This document shows, one piece after another, positions 28,979-38,568 of a stretch of DNA of 64,000 bases (its first letter is position 1; every line of letters begins with the position of its first letter). A program made the position numbers and the translations under genes. This DNA comes from Candidatus Korobacteraceae bacterium (GTDB lineage: Bacteria; Acidobacteriota; Terriglobia; Terriglobales; Acidobacteriaceae), in NCBI GenBank assembly GCA_050014935.1, contig JBEKCJ010000021.1, forward strand, positions 41-64,040, given 5' to 3'. The notes under the pieces are model-generated. The model made no database searches. It worked only from the letters and a program-made list of their open reading frames with translations, and was not told where the DNA came from.

Positions 28979-29157
28979 GCAACTCTCCGTTGAGCGTGTT
29001 TAACTTGCGAACGTCTCGCCGGGGATTCGGCTGCGACGTTTACGTGACGTGGCTCTTCCTTAGTTCTTCGGGCACGAGGGCGAACCTGCACTTCTCTGCC
29101 CTAACCAGGGTGACCTGCGCAACCCACTTCGCGTCGCAAGCGGGTCCAGGCTTCGAG

Positions 29158-29652
29158 CTACGGCAGAATGACTAATTCGGGCTTACTGCCGCCGCCCATC
29201 CCGTAAACCGCCGATGAAACGAACGCCCCGACATCGTACTTGTAGCAACCCGGCGTGGCCGCCTTCACGGTGACCGGCTTGTTCCCACCGCCCATAATGG
29301 GGTCGTCCGGAGAGAAAGGCGAGTCCTCCGGGAAAGAAACCATGAACCCGATGTTTTTGCTCGAGGACATCCAAGTAACAGCCGTGCCGGCCTTAACGCA
29401 GAAGAGCTGGTTGTTCTTGGCGCCCGGAATTCCCGGCTTGACGCTGGCCCCGTGGCCTGCCCGGTTGATATCGACTGTGCAGGGAGCCGAAGCCGATCCG
29501 CAGGTGTTGGCAGCGCTACACATGGACGCCGGAGCTGCCTCGTCACACACGTACTTGCCCTTCTTTTGTGCGTGGGCAGCCGTACCGTTGAGGGTTATGA
29601 CTGCGAATACGAGCAGAGCGCTAAGAGAAGTAAATCGCAAGGCTATCTTCAT
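29158..29652 (-). CDS. hypothetical Cys-rich secreted protein
   Basis: Signal peptide MKIALRFTSLSALLVFAVITLNGTAAHA, with several Cys in the mature N-terminus and a beta-rich C-terminus. No family recognised. Confidence 0.5.
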   Translation of the reverse strand: MKIALRFTSLSALLVFAVITLNGTAAHAQKKGKYVCDEAAPASMCSAANTCGSASAPCTVDINRAGHGASVKPGIPGAKNNQLFCVKAGTAVTWMSSSKNIGFMVSFPEDSPFSPDDPIMGGGNKPVTVKAATPGCYKYDVGAFVSSAVYGMGGGSKPELVILP

Positions 29653-29805
29653 GAAGCACCTCATAACGAACTAGGAATCGTGAATCTAAGAAAGACCTTG
29701 GGGCAGTCATCCCCCGCAGCGGGAGGCGAACCCAGGTAAAGAGAACTTGCTGAAAGTTCTGCCCTGCCCCAAGCAGAATTCAGCCATCGAATTGTCCCCT
29801 GGGAA

Positions 29806-30405
29806 CTAATTCTCAGATGTACCCTTCCAGTCGAGGAAGTTGCCCAGTCTCCAGGGGTTCTGATTGAGATCGAGCTGCATCTCGCCGTCCTTGTTAATGA
29901 TCAACTGGGCAGCAGGGTACAGGACGCCAGTGCTCTTGCTCTTGTCCTGGTCATTGAGGTCGAGTTCACCGGCGGTAAGGTTATAGCTCATGGTCGGGCT
30001 GTCGGTGAAAGCCTCTCCAAACCGGACGGGGCGGTTGGTGGCGAAGGTAATCTTGCGGCCCGTCGGCGTTGGAACCATGCGTATATAGGCGACGTCATAG
30101 CCCAGGGTGCCGGGGATTGAGATGCGGCCAACCGCCCTCATCTTTTGCAAGGCGAGGACCAACCCCTGGTTCTGCCCCTTCTGGAAGGCTTGTACCAGGA
30201 CTTCTCGATCTTCGGGAGTGGAAAACTCATAGATCGTAATTGTGATGCCGATGTTGTGCCCCAGTTGGGTGCTGGTGCCCCAAGCGGTGCAGTCGATGCT
30301 TTCGTATTTGTCTCTGGAGGAACCGGGGATGCTGCCAATCATCATCAGCGCCAGGACCAGCAAGCTTGGAATCGCGATTCTAAAGAGCTTCGATTTCTTG
30401 CACAT
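29806..30405 (-). CDS. hypothetical secreted/lipoprotein
   Basis: 199 aa with an N-terminal hydrophobic signal (MCKKSKLFRIAIPSLLVLALMMIG). No family recognised. Confidence 0.5.
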   Translation of the reverse strand: MCKKSKLFRIAIPSLLVLALMMIGSIPGSSRDKYESIDCTAWGTSTQLGHNIGITITIYEFSTPEDREVLVQAFQKGQNQGLVLALQKMRAVGRISIPGTLGYDVAYIRMVPTPTGRKITFATNRPVRFGEAFTDSPTMSYNLTAGELDLNDQDKSKSTGVLYPAAQLIINKDGEMQLDLNQNPWRLGNFLDWKGTSEN

Positions 30406-30547
30406 AATTTGTCTCTTCTCCGATTGAGGCCTTAAAGATGTTTACTGCCGGGATGGCGATCACGCCTCGACCCGCCCTCCCATTATCCATTAGCAGTACC
30501 GTCCCGCAAGGAGCGAATGCCATTGTTGTCCCGGCCAGGACGCTTGG

Positions 30548-30569
30548 CTACTGTCGCTTGCGACAGTAG
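30548..30569. promoter_or_regulatory. palindromic operator-like site D (perfect 10-2-10: CTACTGTCGC-TT-GCGACAGTAG)
   Basis: Longest and most symmetric copy. It lies between the NarL-type regulator stop (30613) and the next gene's start (30405). Confidence 0.55.
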
Positions 30570-30612
30570 GGAAAGCGCGCGTTGGTTCGCCCGGGACCCT
30601 GCGCCGCGGTGC

Positions 30613-31251
30613 TTACACCGCGGAAATCACTCCGTGATTGATAGCGTACTTCACCAGGTCCGAGTTGGTAGTGATTTCCAGCTCTTCCATGATTCTAGCC
30701 TTGTGAAAGCGGACGGTGCGGTGGGTGATCTGCAAAACCTCAGCGATCTCCATCATGGACCGGCCTTCCGCGACCATCTGTAGAACCTCGCGCTGCCGCG
30801 CCGTGAGCTGTTTGCGGCGCGGCGCTTTGGGGTCGCGGATGAAGCGCTCGCCCATGGCCCGTTTGATTTGCGGGGTCACATACGAATTTCCCTTCACCAC
30901 GGCGTGGACCGCCTGTAACAATTCGGAAGCCTTGGAGGTTTTCAGCAAGTAGGCAGAGGCCCCGATGCGAAAGGCTTCGGCGGCAATGTCAGCGGCAGGA
31001 TTCATGGTCAGGAAAATAAGTTTGACCTGCGGCATCTTGCTGCGCAGTTCGCGCGCCGCGTCTATGCCGTTCAACAACGGCATGGCCACGTCGAGGAGCA
31101 CGATATCCGGATTGAGTTCCGGCGCCGCTTTCAGAAGGGCGTGACCGTCGGCAACACAGCCCACGACCTCGTAATGCGGTTCCAGCAATTTCTGGAACGC
31201 CGTCGCGATCATTGTATGATCGTCGGCAATCAAAATACGGATTCGACCCAT
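30613..31251 (-). CDS. NarL/FixJ (LuxR-HTH) family response regulator
   Basis: 212 aa. Receiver motifs (IRILIADDH, DIVLLDVAMPLLNG, KLIFLT, ASAYLLK) plus a C-terminal LuxR-type HTH (LTARQREVLQMVAEGRSMMEIAEVLQITHRTVRFHKARIMEEL). Confidence 0.92.
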   Translation of the reverse strand: MGRIRILIADDHTMIATAFQKLLEPHYEVVGCVADGHALLKAAPELNPDIVLLDVAMPLLNGIDAARELRSKMPQVKLIFLTMNPAADIAAEAFRIGASAYLLKTSKASELLQAVHAVVKGNSYVTPQIKRAMGERFIRDPKAPRRKQLTARQREVLQMVAEGRSMMEIAEVLQITHRTVRFHKARIMEELEITTNSDLVKYAINHGVISAV

Positions 31252-31277
31252 GTATCGGCCTCCACCGAATCACTGAA

Positions 31278-33512
31278 TCACTTAGCTGAAGCAGTCCCGG
31301 CCGCCGTTTCCAAGGCAGGCGTCTCGGCAATTAGCGGGATGGTGGCGACAATTCTGGTACCGGCATTCACCTTCGACTCAACCGTGAAGACGCCTTTGAC
31401 CAAGTGGACACGCTCCGGCATACTGATTAGCCCCAAGCCTCCATTCCGCATTGCTGTCTCCACGTTGAAGCCCACCCCGGCATCGCTGACCTCCAGACGG
31501 ATCTGTTCCGCGGTGGCCCGCAGGTGCACAGAAAACTGGTGCACACCGCTATATTTCATAGCATTTTGCAGCGCTTCTTGCGCAACCCGGAAGAGGCAGA
31601 GGGAGACGTCTCCCGGCAGACGAACGGGAACATTCTCCGGCTTGAATTCTACGACGACGTCATACTTGCTGGAGAACTCCTCACAGCAACTCCGTAGAGC
31701 AGCTTCCAAGCCAAGATAATCCAGCTTGGAGGAGTGCAGTTGATGGGACAAGGCCTGAACATCGCTGGCGATCTCGGTACAGCGTCGTTGAATCTCCGCG
31801 AATCCGGCCTTCGCCGGCCCTTCGAACCCCTGATTCAACAGCTCCACTTCCAGCGAGAGCAGCGCCAGCCTCTGGCAGATGTCATCGTGCAGCTCTCTGG
31901 CGATCCGGCTACGTTCCTTTTCCTGGGCCTCGATTAATTTGCCACCCATTCTTTCGAGAGCTTCCTGCGCCAGTTTTTGGTCGGTAACGTCGGTGGCCGA
32001 GCCGATAAAGCCGGCAAAGGAGCCGTCTGCATTCAGGCGCGGCACGGCCACATCCAACATCCAGCGGTACACACCATCCCGCCGCCGAAGCCGGTATTCC
32101 TTGGAAACGCCCTGTTGGTGCTCCAGCGCCCGGGAATTTGCCGTCAGCACATTCTGTACGTCGTCCGGGTGAACAAACGCGGTCCAGGCGTCGGCAAATC
32201 CAGCCTCAGCATCGCGGCCAGTAAAATTGATCCGTCGGTCGCTGAGATAGGTGACGTTGCCGTCAGCATCGCAAATCCAGAGCAGTGACGGCGTGGTGGC
32301 CGCCAGGGCCCGGAAGCGTTTTTCGCTCTCGCTCAAACTGGCTTCAGCTTTTTGTTTCCGCCGGCGTTGCCAAAGCAATCCGATGATCAGCAAGGTCTGG
32401 ACAACAATCAGAACAACGCCGGCAATAACGTACTTCCGGTATTGTTGCCATACAGTGGGCTCCCGGTACAGTACGATGGCGCCGGACGGAAGCGCCGATG
32501 CCGGAATATTCCATCGCCGGAGTTCTCGCCAGTCGACTTCCGGGAGGACGTGCGAAGCATGTATCACGGGAATCGTTTCCGGGTTTTCGCCGGAGAGAAC
32601 GCGGGCGGCGAGCAGTCCTGCGTTCTGCGCCTGCTCTTCCAAATCAGGAAAGGATCCGCCAATCGCTCCGTGATCAAAACAAATATTGTGAATACAGTAG
32701 GTGGGAAATTGCCGGGAAATCGCCTCAAGAATATCCTCTGTGCTCATGGCGAGTTGTAGCGACGCTTGCGGCACCAGCTCGAAAATTACCGCCGTGTGTG
32801 GAGGAAGCGCCGACACCTGGCGCAGCAATTCATCGGGGGGAAGTCCCACCAGATCAATCTCATTCACTTGCTCCGGGCGAAGCTGAAGTTCCCGCTGCGT
32901 CGCCTTCACCCAGTAGCTCTCGAATTCCGAGGTTCCGCTGACCACGGCTACATTTCTGGTGTCAGGGTTGAGGTGAAAGGCCAAATCCAGAGTGCCGCGA
33001 ACATCTCCCCGCAGGGTGACTCCGGTTACCCCTGGCCAGAGCTCGTGGCCTTGTAGTCTCTCCGGCACGATCATCATGAAGACGATGGGGACTCCGGGGA
33101 AAATCTGCTTCCGGAAATCAATCGCAAACTTAAGCGCCGGATAGACGGCGACGATGACCAGATCCAGTTTTTGCCTGGCGTAGGTTTGCCGTAAGGTCTC
33201 ACCCAGGCTCTTCTCGTAGCCCTGGCTCTGGAAGCGCTGCGCTTCCAGGTATTCGACGTAGAAATTTACCGGCGCCGAGACGTGGGAACGGACGGTTGCC
33301 TCCAGGGACTGGGGATCCAGGAGGTCACGCTTGGAGAAGCTGTAGAGAATCAGGACGTTCTTGGCGGGCGGCGATTCGGCGGCAAAGAGTTTGGCCGAGT
33401 CTGCCGCGGCAAGCGTCCAGACGGTCAACAAGAAGGCAGCGGTCAGCCACTTTGTTACCCCAAACTCACGGGTTTCGCGAGGGCTAGCGCTCGCGTCCGA
33501 CTTCTCTTGCAT
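31278..33512 (-). CDS. sensor histidine kinase (periplasmic substrate-binding-like domain, PAS, HisKA_3, HATPase_c)
   Basis: 744 aa with a signal/TM, a large periplasmic domain, a second TM and a PAS-like region (LLWICDADGNVTYLS). It has a NarX-type H-box (ARELHDDICQRL) and ATPase G-boxes (DAGVGF, GGLGLISM). Lies 26 nt upstream of the regulator. Confidence 0.9.
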   Translation of the reverse strand: MQEKSDASASPRETREFGVTKWLTAAFLLTVWTLAAADSAKLFAAESPPAKNVLILYSFSKRDLLDPQSLEATVRSHVSAPVNFYVEYLEAQRFQSQGYEKSLGETLRQTYARQKLDLVIVAVYPALKFAIDFRKQIFPGVPIVFMMIVPERLQGHELWPGVTGVTLRGDVRGTLDLAFHLNPDTRNVAVVSGTSEFESYWVKATQRELQLRPEQVNEIDLVGLPPDELLRQVSALPPHTAVIFELVPQASLQLAMSTEDILEAISRQFPTYCIHNICFDHGAIGGSFPDLEEQAQNAGLLAARVLSGENPETIPVIHASHVLPEVDWRELRRWNIPASALPSGAIVLYREPTVWQQYRKYVIAGVVLIVVQTLLIIGLLWQRRRKQKAEASLSESEKRFRALAATTPSLLWICDADGNVTYLSDRRINFTGRDAEAGFADAWTAFVHPDDVQNVLTANSRALEHQQGVSKEYRLRRRDGVYRWMLDVAVPRLNADGSFAGFIGSATDVTDQKLAQEALERMGGKLIEAQEKERSRIARELHDDICQRLALLSLEVELLNQGFEGPAKAGFAEIQRRCTEIASDVQALSHQLHSSKLDYLGLEAALRSCCEEFSSKYDVVVEFKPENVPVRLPGDVSLCLFRVAQEALQNAMKYSGVHQFSVHLRATAEQIRLEVSDAGVGFNVETAMRNGGLGLISMPERVHLVKGVFTVESKVNAGTRIVATIPLIAETPALETAAGTASAK

Positions 33513-33705
33513 AACCTACCTGACACAGCAATCCCCCCGAGACCATCACAATGATTTTGAATTGGGGGAGCTACTGACATTATCGTCTCCAACCAGAGGC
33601 GGTACAACAAGTAATTGCTGACCTTATCGCCTTGAGTGATTAGATTCTGCCGGCATCTACCTCGAAAGTGGGGTATCCATTTCTGATCCTAACGGGACAG
33701 AGCCA

Positions 33706-33721
33706 CTGTCGCAAGCAACAG
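33706..33721. promoter_or_regulatory. palindromic operator-like site E (degenerate: CTGTCGC-AA-GCAACAG)
   Basis: ccaCTGTCGCAAGCAACAGttt in the 392-bp divergent region between the kinase operon and the OmpA-like gene. One arm mismatch. Confidence 0.4.
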
Positions 33722-33904
33722 TTTTCATCCTCAAATCCGCCTAAGCATCGTGTCGAGCGAACAGGTCCCGCGTATGAGATCCTATCGTCACAGCCTCGAA
33801 CCCTTGTATAGTTCTATGCTTAAGTGATGACCTTGTTCGGAATAGTTCTAATTTGTTACTAAATCCGCTGCTGCGAAGCGTAGCAAGCACAATAGGAGAA
33901 GATC

Positions 33905-34831
33905 ATGAAGCGAAGCAGGTTGAGAGCGATATCATTGGCCGCAACAGTGTCACTGGCAATCCTTCTGGTATTTGGCGGCAGCGCAGCCGCTCAGTCCGCT
34001 AAAGCTCAGGGACTGATAACCGGACGCAGCGGAGACACTATGACGATACAGACTCCGGATTCATCCACGGTCGTCGTTCTTCTGACCGACAGCACGCAAG
34101 TCGCCCAGGTGCAGGGAATGTTCAAGGCGCGTCGCAAGGGGATGTCGATGGCGGCACTGATACCCGGTCTCCAAGTCCAGGTAGAGGGCTCGTACAACCA
34201 GCAAAACCAATTGGTAGCGAGTTCCATCAAGTTCAAGGGCAATGACCTTCAGGACGCCCAAACCATCCAGGCCGGTTTACAGCCAACGAAGGAGCAGATG
34301 CAGCAGACTCAAGAGGAGCTGGCTGCGCAGAAGGCAGCGCTGGCGCGGCAACAGCAAGAGATGCAAGAGCAACAACAGCAGATGGCTGAGGCCCAGGCGA
34401 AGATTGACGCCAACAAAGCCATGATCGAGGCCGCGAACAAGCGCTTTGGTCAGCTGGCTGACTACAATATTCTCGACGAGGTGACGGTTTACTTCGCTAA
34501 CGGCAAGGTGGCGCTGGATCCGAAGTACAACGCACAGCTGCTGCAACTGGCCGAAAAAGCCAAGACCATTACCGCCTACACGATTCAGGTGAAAGGCTAT
34601 GCCTCATCCGTAGGCAGCGCTTCGCTGAATCAGAAGCTGAGCGACGAGCGGGCCAACAATGTAGCCGCTTTCTTGCAGCAACAGGGTCACATTCCGCTTA
34701 CCAATATGTTGGCTCCCGGCGCTATGGGCGAAAGCCGGCAGGTCGGCAGTGACAAGACCGCTGAAGGCCAGGCGCAAAACCGGCGTGTCGTAGTGAGGGT
34801 CCTTCAGAACAAGGGCATCGCCGGTACCTAG
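33905..34831 (+). CDS. OmpA-family protein with Gln-rich coiled-coil linker
   Basis: 308 aa with a signal peptide, a central QQ-rich coiled coil and a C-terminal OmpA-like peptidoglycan-binding domain (VKGYASSVGSASLNQKLSDERANNVAAFL...NRRVVVRVL). Confidence 0.85.
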   Translation: MKRSRLRAISLAATVSLAILLVFGGSAAAQSAKAQGLITGRSGDTMTIQTPDSSTVVVLLTDSTQVAQVQGMFKARRKGMSMAALIPGLQVQVEGSYNQQNQLVASSIKFKGNDLQDAQTIQAGLQPTKEQMQQTQEELAAQKAALARQQQEMQEQQQQMAEAQAKIDANKAMIEAANKRFGQLADYNILDEVTVYFANGKVALDPKYNAQLLQLAEKAKTITAYTIQVKGYASSVGSASLNQKLSDERANNVAAFLQQQGHIPLTNMLAPGAMGESRQVGSDKTAEGQAQNRRVVVRVLQNKGIAGT

Positions 34832-34861
34832 CGGCAGCTCAACCATCCGTGGACTAAGAAG

Positions 34862-34918
34862 TTCGGCATTAGCCGCTGAGATAAATTCCGCAAGGGGTTT
34901 CTCAGCGGCTAATGCCGA
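34862..34918. terminator. long perfect stem-loop between convergent genes
   Basis: ttcggcattagccgctgaga - 18 nt - tctcagcggctaatgccga gives a 19-bp perfect stem. It starts 30 nt after the OmpA-like stop. No clear U tract. Confidence 0.5.
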
Positions 34919-35173
34919 TGAGAGTCTGGCATCCAGTTCCAAATCGGGAAAACGCAGCATTGGCGTCTGGCGGCCTTCTGGCGGGCTCCAGCGTTCCAGA
35001 CGACCTTTTGTACACTACCGACCACCCTTGCGGCGATTCTAGGGCCCTCCCAGGCCCCGCAATGGGCATTCTCGTTCGAACTCTCCGTGGAGACAGAAAT
35101 ACGGAGGGAAAAGCCCCAAGCGCTGGCCTTCAAGGCGCGCTCCGCCCCGGTTGTACACCGGCTCTGAATTGCA

Positions 35174-38100
35174 TCAGGCGGGCGGCGATGATGGCGCACT
35201 GGGACTGCTTCCCTGCTGCCGATATGTGTTCACGCAGGCCATGAATCCGTCCATTTCGAAACGGTGGGCCGACGTGTCAGGCCACTTGGTGATGGCGTGA
35301 ATCATCCACGAACCGAGATGGCGGTAGCTCTCGAACTGGGCCTCATTGAAAAACTGATTGGCGGTGCTTTCGTGGGGAAAATCCTCATGGCTGGCGCGGT
35401 AGGCCAGAATGTCGGGCGGTTCCGTGCCATTCAGCACCGGCTTGATGATGATGAGATCGCCCTTCTGCGCGCCTTCATCCACACAGTCGTAACCGATTTT
35501 GCCAGCAACGCAATACATATTGCCGGTTGCGACGACCTTCTTCATAGGCACGCCCTGGTGGTATCCGGGAAAGGTTATCGGAATACCGAGATCAATCTCG
35601 ATCTTGCGAATGGCATTGCCGAGGTCGTCGAACTGGAGGTCGGGATCGGCGTCAGCATCCACCACCACAATCGCGCGGCAGCGGCGCAGCACCATCTCGT
35701 AGAGGCCAAGATTTTCGAAGTGGCCGCCATCGGAGAGTTCGATCCACTGATAGGTGTCGTCGGTATTGCCCAAGGCCTCATCCAACAGCGGTTTCAAGGC
35801 CAGAGTCGGGCCGTTCTTGCGCAGAAAGTTCTGAGCTTTCTTTTTCTCCGGGTCCCAGTTGCGCAAGGCCGGCCAGGCCGGATTGGGCAGCCACCATCCC
35901 AGGCGGGTATTGAAAAAAGTCATCAGCAGGGTCACCAGGGGCGACGAGTTGTAACCCATATTGGGACTCAAGGCCGCGCCGCTGATCGCCATCGCAGTTC
36001 CCACGCGCACGCCCCGGCTGCCACCGTATACGCTGGTCGGGACGTAGCCCAGCCTCCAACTGCCGCAGCTCACCGGGCTGAAGGTGAACGACTCCGCCTT
36101 GCGCTGCTGCCAGGCCAGGTTTTGGGTTGCGACCATATTCAGCGCGGTGTTAATCACGTGCAGCGGTGCATCCGCACTACAGGGCATCGAGTTTTGGTAG
36201 AGATTGTCGGCCGGGTCGAAGTTGGTAAAAGCGTCCGGATGGCGGGCAAAGTTGGAGGCCCCAAGATAAGCGCGGGTCAAGCGCATCCGGTACATGCCAT
36301 GCAGCGAGAAGGTATTGACATTGACGAAGAGATTTCCCATGACGGCCAGGGCAGCGGCCCCAAGGAAGACGATGGACGTGGCAATTGCGCTCACGGTGAG
36401 GCTGTACAGCACCGCGTTATCGCCTCCCAACCAAGCCTTCAGCAGGTGATGAAGAATGGCCGCGAAGGCCGGCTGGGCGCGCATCCATACGTAGAGGCTA
36501 TGACGGATTTCGCGGGTAAGCGCCGCCAGCGCGAAGGTGATGCAGACCAGGGCAACGCCTGACGCGAAAGGCGGCAGCAAGTTGTGGCGGGAGAGCCATT
36601 GTTGCCACTTGCTGAGTTGTTCGATTTTTACGCGCTTCAGGCCGGAAGTGGTAGCCGCGCTCAGTCCGGCCAAACTTCCCAGATATCCTGACCCCACGCC
36701 GATAGCAGCCAGAAGCGATGCCCACAGGAACTTAAGCGTCTCATCGGCAAAATAGGCGATGCCGTTGAACGCGACCCATGCCAGTACGCAGGCGAAAAGC
36801 AGTCCTCCGGCACGCGCCCACCACTCCCGCTCCTCTTCACTCTCGATGTTGCTCAGCAGTCCGGAAAGCAGACTGGAAGCGACCGTCAGCACCGCCCAAA
36901 CCAGCGGCACCACCGCCAGCACAAACCAGCGCTTCACCCAGAAATGGGGAACCTGTCCGTCAAGGCGGGCGACGATCAGGTGCTTGTTCGAGGTCAGGTA
37001 TACAGCCGAGACGGAGAGCAGAACCGCGGCGGTGGCTGCCACCAGAAGAGGCGCGATTAGAGACCAGAGCAAGCGTCGCCATGCTATTCGGCCGCTGCCA
37101 TCATGCTTGTGGAACGGGGTTGGACGCTCCTTGCCGTCATTGCCGACGAGCACCCGCAACCGCACCAGCGAAATGGACATTGGTGGTAGCAGCGCAAAAA
37201 CAAATAGCCACTTGGCGAGGGGCATGATCTGGTTCAACGCCCCCGTTTTGTTAGCCAGGATAGGATTGATGGCCGCCCATGCCCAGGCTTCTCCCAACAG
37301 CCAAATGCCCACCATGAGCGGTAGCACGAACAGCCAGAGCTCCAACGATGTACTGCCCTGCTTCTCTGAGTCCTTGAATCTGGAGGCGTAGGGAGGCCAG
37401 ATCATCCGCCAGGCTGCAAACACCGAGGCAACCGTCACACATAGCACGGCCAGCCACATGACTGGCTTATACCAGTTGGTGTCCCGCTGCATCGCAAAGG
37501 GCAGCCCATACGACACGAGATACAGAAACTCAGGCAGACAAAGCAGACAGATGATCGCCGGCACCAGCGTCAGCCAATTGAGGATCATGTTCCGGCCCAC
37601 AATGGCTCCCAGCGTCAGGGTGTCCAGCGTGAAGCCGTACTTGGGCGTCAGATAGCTGGTGTATTCACGCAGATGCCGGATCGGTTCCGGCTCGGGATCG
37701 CCGGAAGTGGGCGCGGAGGTCGCTAACTGGCTGACCGCATCGCTATAGCGGCTGCGTTGCGCCCATGCCATCAGCCAGCTTCCGATATAACCTCCGCCGG
37801 AAACCGTGGACAGGTAATCCAGCGAATCCATGATGGTTTTGTCGCCGAGCTTCCAGTCGCAGGGACGGCTGAAGCGCGCCAGCCCTTGCAGCACGCCGAG
37901 AGAAAAGCTGGCGCTACGAATCCCGCCACCGGAGAGGCAAACGGCGGTCGCTTGCATATCGTGCAAAATCTGTTTCAGCGGAGCGTCGCAACTCTGGCAT
38001 TGTTTCTCGGCTTTGCGGCTCTCTTCGTAACCCGTCGCCACTCGGTGCCGGAAGGCCTCGTCCGCTTCTCCTGGCTCCTGACGCACCGTGGACAGCACGT

Positions 38101-38329
38101 CTTTCATTGCCGCTAACGCGGAATAGGCGTCTTCGGAAGCGGCCAGCGTCTTGTCCAGCGCCGTCCATACGGATTGCAGGTCCGCCGGCGGGCTGTCGAC
38201 GTTCAGGATGCGTTTGGCAACGGCGGTGGCAAGATCACCCGGGCGGCGAGCCCGATATTCGCCGCATAACGTGCGAAACGGCAGCGCATGGTTTGCGGAC
38301 GGATACGTTACCTGATCGAAGGAAACCAC
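35174..38329 (-). CDS. cPLA2/patatin-like lipase with a large polytopic membrane insertion between the catalytic Ser and Asp
   Basis: 1051 aa (GTG start). It has CLSGGGIRSASFSLGVLQGL (GGGxR oxyanion motif) and STVSGGGYIGSW (nucleophile elbow, Ser about residue 177 by my count). About ten hydrophobic helices follow, then WIELSDGGHFENLGLYE (catalytic Asp motif, about residue 867). Confidence 0.8.
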   Translation of the reverse strand: MVSFDQVTYPSANHALPFRTLCGEYRARRPGDLATAVAKRILNVDSPPADLQSVWTALDKTLAASEDAYSALAAMKDVLSTVRQEPGEADEAFRHRVATGYEESRKAEKQCQSCDAPLKQILHDMQATAVCLSGGGIRSASFSLGVLQGLARFSRPCDWKLGDKTIMDSLDYLSTVSGGGYIGSWLMAWAQRSRYSDAVSQLATSAPTSGDPEPEPIRHLREYTSYLTPKYGFTLDTLTLGAIVGRNMILNWLTLVPAIICLLCLPEFLYLVSYGLPFAMQRDTNWYKPVMWLAVLCVTVASVFAAWRMIWPPYASRFKDSEKQGSTSLELWLFVLPLMVGIWLLGEAWAWAAINPILANKTGALNQIMPLAKWLFVFALLPPMSISLVRLRVLVGNDGKERPTPFHKHDGSGRIAWRRLLWSLIAPLLVAATAAVLLSVSAVYLTSNKHLIVARLDGQVPHFWVKRWFVLAVVPLVWAVLTVASSLLSGLLSNIESEEEREWWARAGGLLFACVLAWVAFNGIAYFADETLKFLWASLLAAIGVGSGYLGSLAGLSAATTSGLKRVKIEQLSKWQQWLSRHNLLPPFASGVALVCITFALAALTREIRHSLYVWMRAQPAFAAILHHLLKAWLGGDNAVLYSLTVSAIATSIVFLGAAALAVMGNLFVNVNTFSLHGMYRMRLTRAYLGASNFARHPDAFTNFDPADNLYQNSMPCSADAPLHVINTALNMVATQNLAWQQRKAESFTFSPVSCGSWRLGYVPTSVYGGSRGVRVGTAMAISGAALSPNMGYNSSPLVTLLMTFFNTRLGWWLPNPAWPALRNWDPEKKKAQNFLRKNGPTLALKPLLDEALGNTDDTYQWIELSDGGHFENLGLYEMVLRRCRAIVVVDADADPDLQFDDLGNAIRKIEIDLGIPITFPGYHQGVPMKKVVATGNMYCVAGKIGYDCVDEGAQKGDLIIIKPVLNGTEPPDILAYRASHEDFPHESTANQFFNEAQFESYRHLGSWMIHAITKWPDTSAHRFEMDGFMACVNTYRQQGSSPSAPSSPPA

Positions 38330-38568
38330 TGCGCCCCCAGAATGGCGCGCCGGAAGTCGATCCGGCCGCGATTACGCCGGACCACCCTCCAGACGCTTTT
38401 GTGCAGTTGAGGCTAGCAGAGGTGCAGGAAAAAACAAGTAGCTGGCACGATCCAGCCCAGTGGAAAGCCGGGTGAGAGAGTCCGAGTGCAGGCCTCGGTT
38501 GGGTTTGCCGCGCCGGATCCGGATACTGACGAGCGCAGCGGCGAACCTGGGCTGGAGCTGCGGCGGCG

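Noticed and set aside
18489-33721. Interpreting the CTGTCGC-TT-GCGACAG palindromes as rho-independent terminators or sigma-54 promoters
   Set aside because: The 2-nt spacer cannot form a stable RNA loop and no U tract follows. The reverse-strand TGGCAC/TGGCCC flanks at sites A and B do not keep the GG-N10-GC spacing consistently and are absent at sites C-E.
35264-36562. 432-aa plus-strand ORF inside the patatin-like gene
   Set aside because: Antisense to a gene with clear catalytic motifs. Its composition (Arg/Gly/His/Val rich, no hydrophobic core pattern) is that of a shadow frame.
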